From an uncultured Candidatus Poseidoniales archaeon (GTDB lineage Archaea > Thermoplasmatota > Poseidoniia > Poseidoniales > Thalassarchaeaceae), in NCBI GenBank assembly GCA_964003245.1, contig CAXFIU010000003.1:1-56636 (forward strand): a stretch of 56,636 nt of DNA. The letters run 5' to 3'. Numbering within the stretch: the first letter of the stretch is position 1; each line of letters starts with the position of its first letter. The notes beneath the pieces are model-generated. The model made no database searches. It saw only the letters and a program-made list of their open reading frames with translations, and was not told the DNA's origin. A program made the position numbers and the translations under genes. Of the stretch, positions 54,071 through 56,636 are shown one piece after another.

Positions 54071-54547
54071 TCAAATGTCCAAGACAACTTGAGCCATCCA
54101 ACCGGGACCCTCAAAAGTAGGGATATTTGGATTAACTCCATTTACTATTTCACCTGTCTTTATTTCTCTGAAAACTAGTTCATGTAATGTCACCGCTTTA
54201 ATTTCAATCTCACGCCCTACAAATTCAGAATCGACCCAAGAAACATGTGCAGATATTGATTCTTCATTAATTTTTATGGCTAAATCAACTAGCCATTGAT
54301 TTTCGACCGAACCTCTGTAAAGTGTTTCTTCTAGAAATTTAACAAGTCCTCTTTCTAGATCATTATTCTTAATTCCTACCGACCATACCCCATTGGATCG
54401 TGTCAAATGGTTGAGCGATTCGGGCCTCTTGTCCTCTAATTGTATGGATTGAAGTCCAAAAACACATTCAGTAATAGCGCCCTCTGCGGTGGAAGAAAAT
54501 GCTCTAATTCCTATATCAGCAGTAGTCGGAAGAATCCACCAAGACAT
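54071..54547 (-). CDS. Archease
   Basis: MSWWILPTTADIGIRAFSSTAEGAITECVFGL matches the archease N-terminal TAD-containing segment. The ORF opens at GTG 54559, overlapping the upstream stop; ATG 54547 is preferred. Confidence 0.8.
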   Translation of the reverse strand: MSWWILPTTADIGIRAFSSTAEGAITECVFGLQSIQLEDKRPESLNHLTRSNGVWSVGIKNNDLERGLVKFLEETLYRGSVENQWLVDLAIKINEESISAHVSWVDSEFVGREIEIKAVTLHELVFREIKTGEIVNGVNPNIPTFEGPGWMAQVVLDI

Positions 54548-54555
54548 ATTTAGCG

Positions 54556-56636
54556 TCACTCAAATTGATTGCATAACTCGCCCTGACTGGGGAAACTCAC
54601 GGGATCTTTTGGATTCGTATTCCATTTATTCTCACACTTATTCAGAGAACCATCTCCATCTGAATCAATATTGGCATCGGCTGCATCAAACGGATCAAAG
54701 TCAAAGAAATATTCCCATCCAGCCCACATACCATCTCCATCTTGATCTTGATGGAAAACTTCAGAACCATCAAACCACTGATCACCGTCAGTATCATTCA
54801 ATATTGGGCTCGTTCCATTTTGCATTTCCTCAAAGTTTGTATAATTTTCAAGATCATCATAGAATCTTTGACCATAATCATTCATTGGATCAATGTGACA
54901 CTCTGCATTTTGAGGATCATCCCAACCAGGACAATAGCGATATAGAAGATTTGTTCGATTGAGGCCATCGCTATCAAAGTCTTCCTGACCATCATCTATG
55001 CCATCTAAATCGGAGTCTTTCATTGCTGGGTCCATTGGCCCTCGAGCACCTAATGCATTCAATGAATTATTATCTACAATACCCAAAGAAATAGCTTCGC
55101 CTGAATAAAATACTTCCCAACCATCTGGGAGTTTGTCTCCATCAGTATCATCATTAACAGGATTAGTATTCCATCTGTCTGGTGCTTCTAATTGGTTCAT
55201 TAATGTATCATTATCAATATCATAAATATTATCTGTCAAAGAACCATAAGCAGGATCTAAGGCCCATCTACCATCATTAGGAATTACGAAACCAGACAAG
55301 TTCATCTCATGTAAGAAATATTTTGGATCCATTACTCCATCTCCATCTCTATCTCCAGATGTAGAAAATCCTTGAACATAATTTGTCCAAACCCATCCAC
55401 CAGGTCCTAGTCCACATTCAAACATATTATCGCAGCCAGGAGGGAGCCAATTGGTGCTACTAATCCACAAGCTGTGACTATTGGTATTCTGTTGTATAGA
55501 AAATACCTGCATTTCCCAACCATCAGGTTGCCCGTCTTCATCTGTGTCATTAATTAGAGGATTTGTAGCCGCTTGCCATGGTCTTGGGATAAACAATACT
55601 TCGCCACCGTCATTCAATCCGTCCCCATCACTATCGGCATTATTGCCATGAGTAATATACTGATCTTGGCCATCTACTACTTCTTCACCATCTGCTAATC
55701 CATCATTATCTGTATCAAAAGAAGAAGCGTTAGTAAAATATTTTTCAGTAATGTTCCAGTAAAATCCGTCCATGGCTTCTGTGAAATCTTCTAAACCATC
55801 ACTGTCAGTATCTCTATCTGTAGCGTTTGTGAACGTTTCATAATATTCTACTGCATCAGAAAGGCCATCACTATCGGTATCAAAGACACCAGGGTCACTT
55901 CGGACTAATACGTCTTTAACTCCATTATCGACTACTCTAATTGTCCATCCAATAACTTCTATTCCATCAATTAAACCATCATTATCCGTATCAGCTACAA
56001 GCGGATTAGTAGAACGACCATCAGTAATTCCATCTCCATCTCTGTCCCTAGCATTGTACTCATCTAAGTTAGTGAACCTTTCATGCTGCTCCACAACTAT
56101 GGCTAAATCTTGAGTACGAGTAAGTACTTCATCACCAACATTGACATTTATCTCATAAACCCAACCTTCTGTTTGAGTTTTTACTGGAATGTTTACGTAA
56201 ACACTATTTTGCACTGTTCGAACCCAAAGAATTGTTTTATTCACTGGCACATATTCTCCTAATTCAACTGAAATCAGGTGAACTGTACTAACTCCCACAA
56301 GTTCGTCATATCTAACACCACCATCTCCGTCAGAGTCATAACCATCAAAATCAGGGTCTTCTAGAGCATTTGCGCCATCGTCATTAGGATGTATCCCATT
56401 CAAGTGCTCCCAACCATCAGGCATTCCATCGTTATCAGTATCTGAATTTAGTGGACTAGTGAAATTTTCGGGACCCCAGGTATATGCAACTTCATATTCT
56501 TCTACATTGTTAAGACCGTCTTCATCTCTATCGCCATAAGCATCAGTTGCATTGGCGGGATTAAGAAACCTCTTATTTTCGTCATCTAGTGCATAACAAT
56601 ACTCGTATCCGTCAGGCATTCCATCGCCATCTGAAT
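54556..56636 (-). CDS. Giant secreted TSP3-repeat protein, 5' end off the window (at least 693 codons)
   Basis: The frame remains open through 56636 (upstream residues ...SDGDGMPDGYEY). Repeats present: DTDNDGMPDGWEH, DTDEDGQPDGWEM, DTDGDKLPDGWEV, DTDNDGLIDGIE, DTDSDGLSDAVE. Paralogous in repeat type to the 1906-aa gene. Confidence 0.85.
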   Translation of the reverse strand, partial: SDGDGMPDGYEYCYALDDENKRFLNPANATDAYGDRDEDGLNNVEEYEVAYTWGPENFTSPLNSDTDNDGMPDGWEHLNGIHPNDDGANALEDPDFDGYDSDGDGGVRYDELVGVSTVHLISVELGEYVPVNKTILWVRTVQNSVYVNIPVKTQTEGWVYEINVNVGDEVLTRTQDLAIVVEQHERFTNLDEYNARDRDGDGITDGRSTNPLVADTDNDGLIDGIEVIGWTIRVVDNGVKDVLVRSDPGVFDTDSDGLSDAVEYYETFTNATDRDTDSDGLEDFTEAMDGFYWNITEKYFTNASSFDTDNDGLADGEEVVDGQDQYITHGNNADSDGDGLNDGGEVLFIPRPWQAATNPLINDTDEDGQPDGWEMQVFSIQQNTNSHSLWISSTNWLPPGCDNMFECGLGPGGWVWTNYVQGFSTSGDRDGDGVMDPKYFLHEMNLSGFVIPNDGRWALDPAYGSLTDNIYDIDNDTLMNQLEAPDRWNTNPVNDDTDGDKLPDGWEVFYSGEAISLGIVDNNSLNALGARGPMDPAMKDSDLDGIDDGQEDFDSDGLNRTNLLYRYCPGWDDPQNAECHIDPMNDYGQRFYDDLENYTNFEEMQNGTSPILNDTDGDQWFDGSEVFHQDQDGDGMWAGWEYFFDFDPFDAADANIDSDGDGSLNKCENKWNTNPKDPVSFPSQGELCNQFE
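56409..56430 (-). repeat. Fifth exact copy of the 22-nt core CCCAACCATCNGGCATTCCATC
   Basis: Read directly (N = A). Same strand orientation as the four copies at 26.8-29.1 kb. Confidence 0.9.

Noticed and set aside
54489-54962. 157-aa His/Gln-rich plus-strand ORF
   Set aside because: It is antisense to the 3' end of the TSP3 gene and the archease start. The composition is the mirror of Asp/Trp-rich repeats.
1-56636. tRNA, rRNA, other structured RNA genes and mobile elements
   Set aside because: All intergenic spacers are about 180 bp or shorter, and none shows tRNA-like GC-rich arms or a T-loop GTTCGAATC-type box. No integrase, transposase or terminal inverted repeats were recognised. This is a by-eye scan only; tRNAscan and Infernal would be decisive.
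54071-56636. Functional link between archease and the upstream TSP3 giant (stop and start within a few nt)
   Set aside because: Archease is a cytoplasmic RtcB/tRNA-methyltransferase cofactor. The tight spacing matches the general compaction seen at every junction in this window, so no specific coupling is inferred.

Overview
AT-rich, very compact 56.6-kb chromosomal segment from an archaeon. Archaeal markers are type II GAPDH, archaeal PheRS beta, GluRS, uS15, ArcS, CDP-archaeol synthase, archease and AglB/STT3. By inference only, the style fits an uncultured marine planktonic euryarchaeote (Marine Group II/III-like). I call 30 CDS, two of them truncated at the window edges. The left one (1..3421, minus strand) is missing from the supplied ORF track and was found by reading the reverse complement. 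I found no tRNA, rRNA, CRISPR array or mobile element, and intergenic spacers are at most about 180 bp. About 60% of the DNA encodes secreted or membrane-anchored giant envelope proteins, interleaved with housekeeping genes: two S8 subtilases, two bacterial-type TSP3 calcium-repeat giants, a parallel beta-helix giant, and several CARDB/Ig-like proteins. The most unusual object is a 3172-codon ORF (40563..50081, minus). It carries the ordered STT3/AglB oligosaccharyltransferase motifs, ending in WWDYG. These are preceded by an extra block of about ten TM helices and followed by about 2200 aa of beta-sandwich repeats and a C-terminal TM anchor. It heads a co-directional string with a membrane-anchored subtilase, a 1406-aa beta-helix surface protein and a wHTH-STAND-TPR ATPase. 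I propose this as an undescribed envelope glycoprotein maturation and display module. Other notable items:
- a pyroglutamyl-peptidase-like/MutT Nudix fusion
- a reversed GXGXG/degenerate-FMN 'glutamate synthase-like' protein
- a possible inactivated DHH (RecJ/Cdc45-like) gene downstream of rps15
- near-identical signal peptides on two unrelated surface proteins
- a 22-nt core recurring in the TSP3 genes
- essentially zero spacing at every convergent gene junction

All domain calls come from reading motifs by eye; no database search was run.
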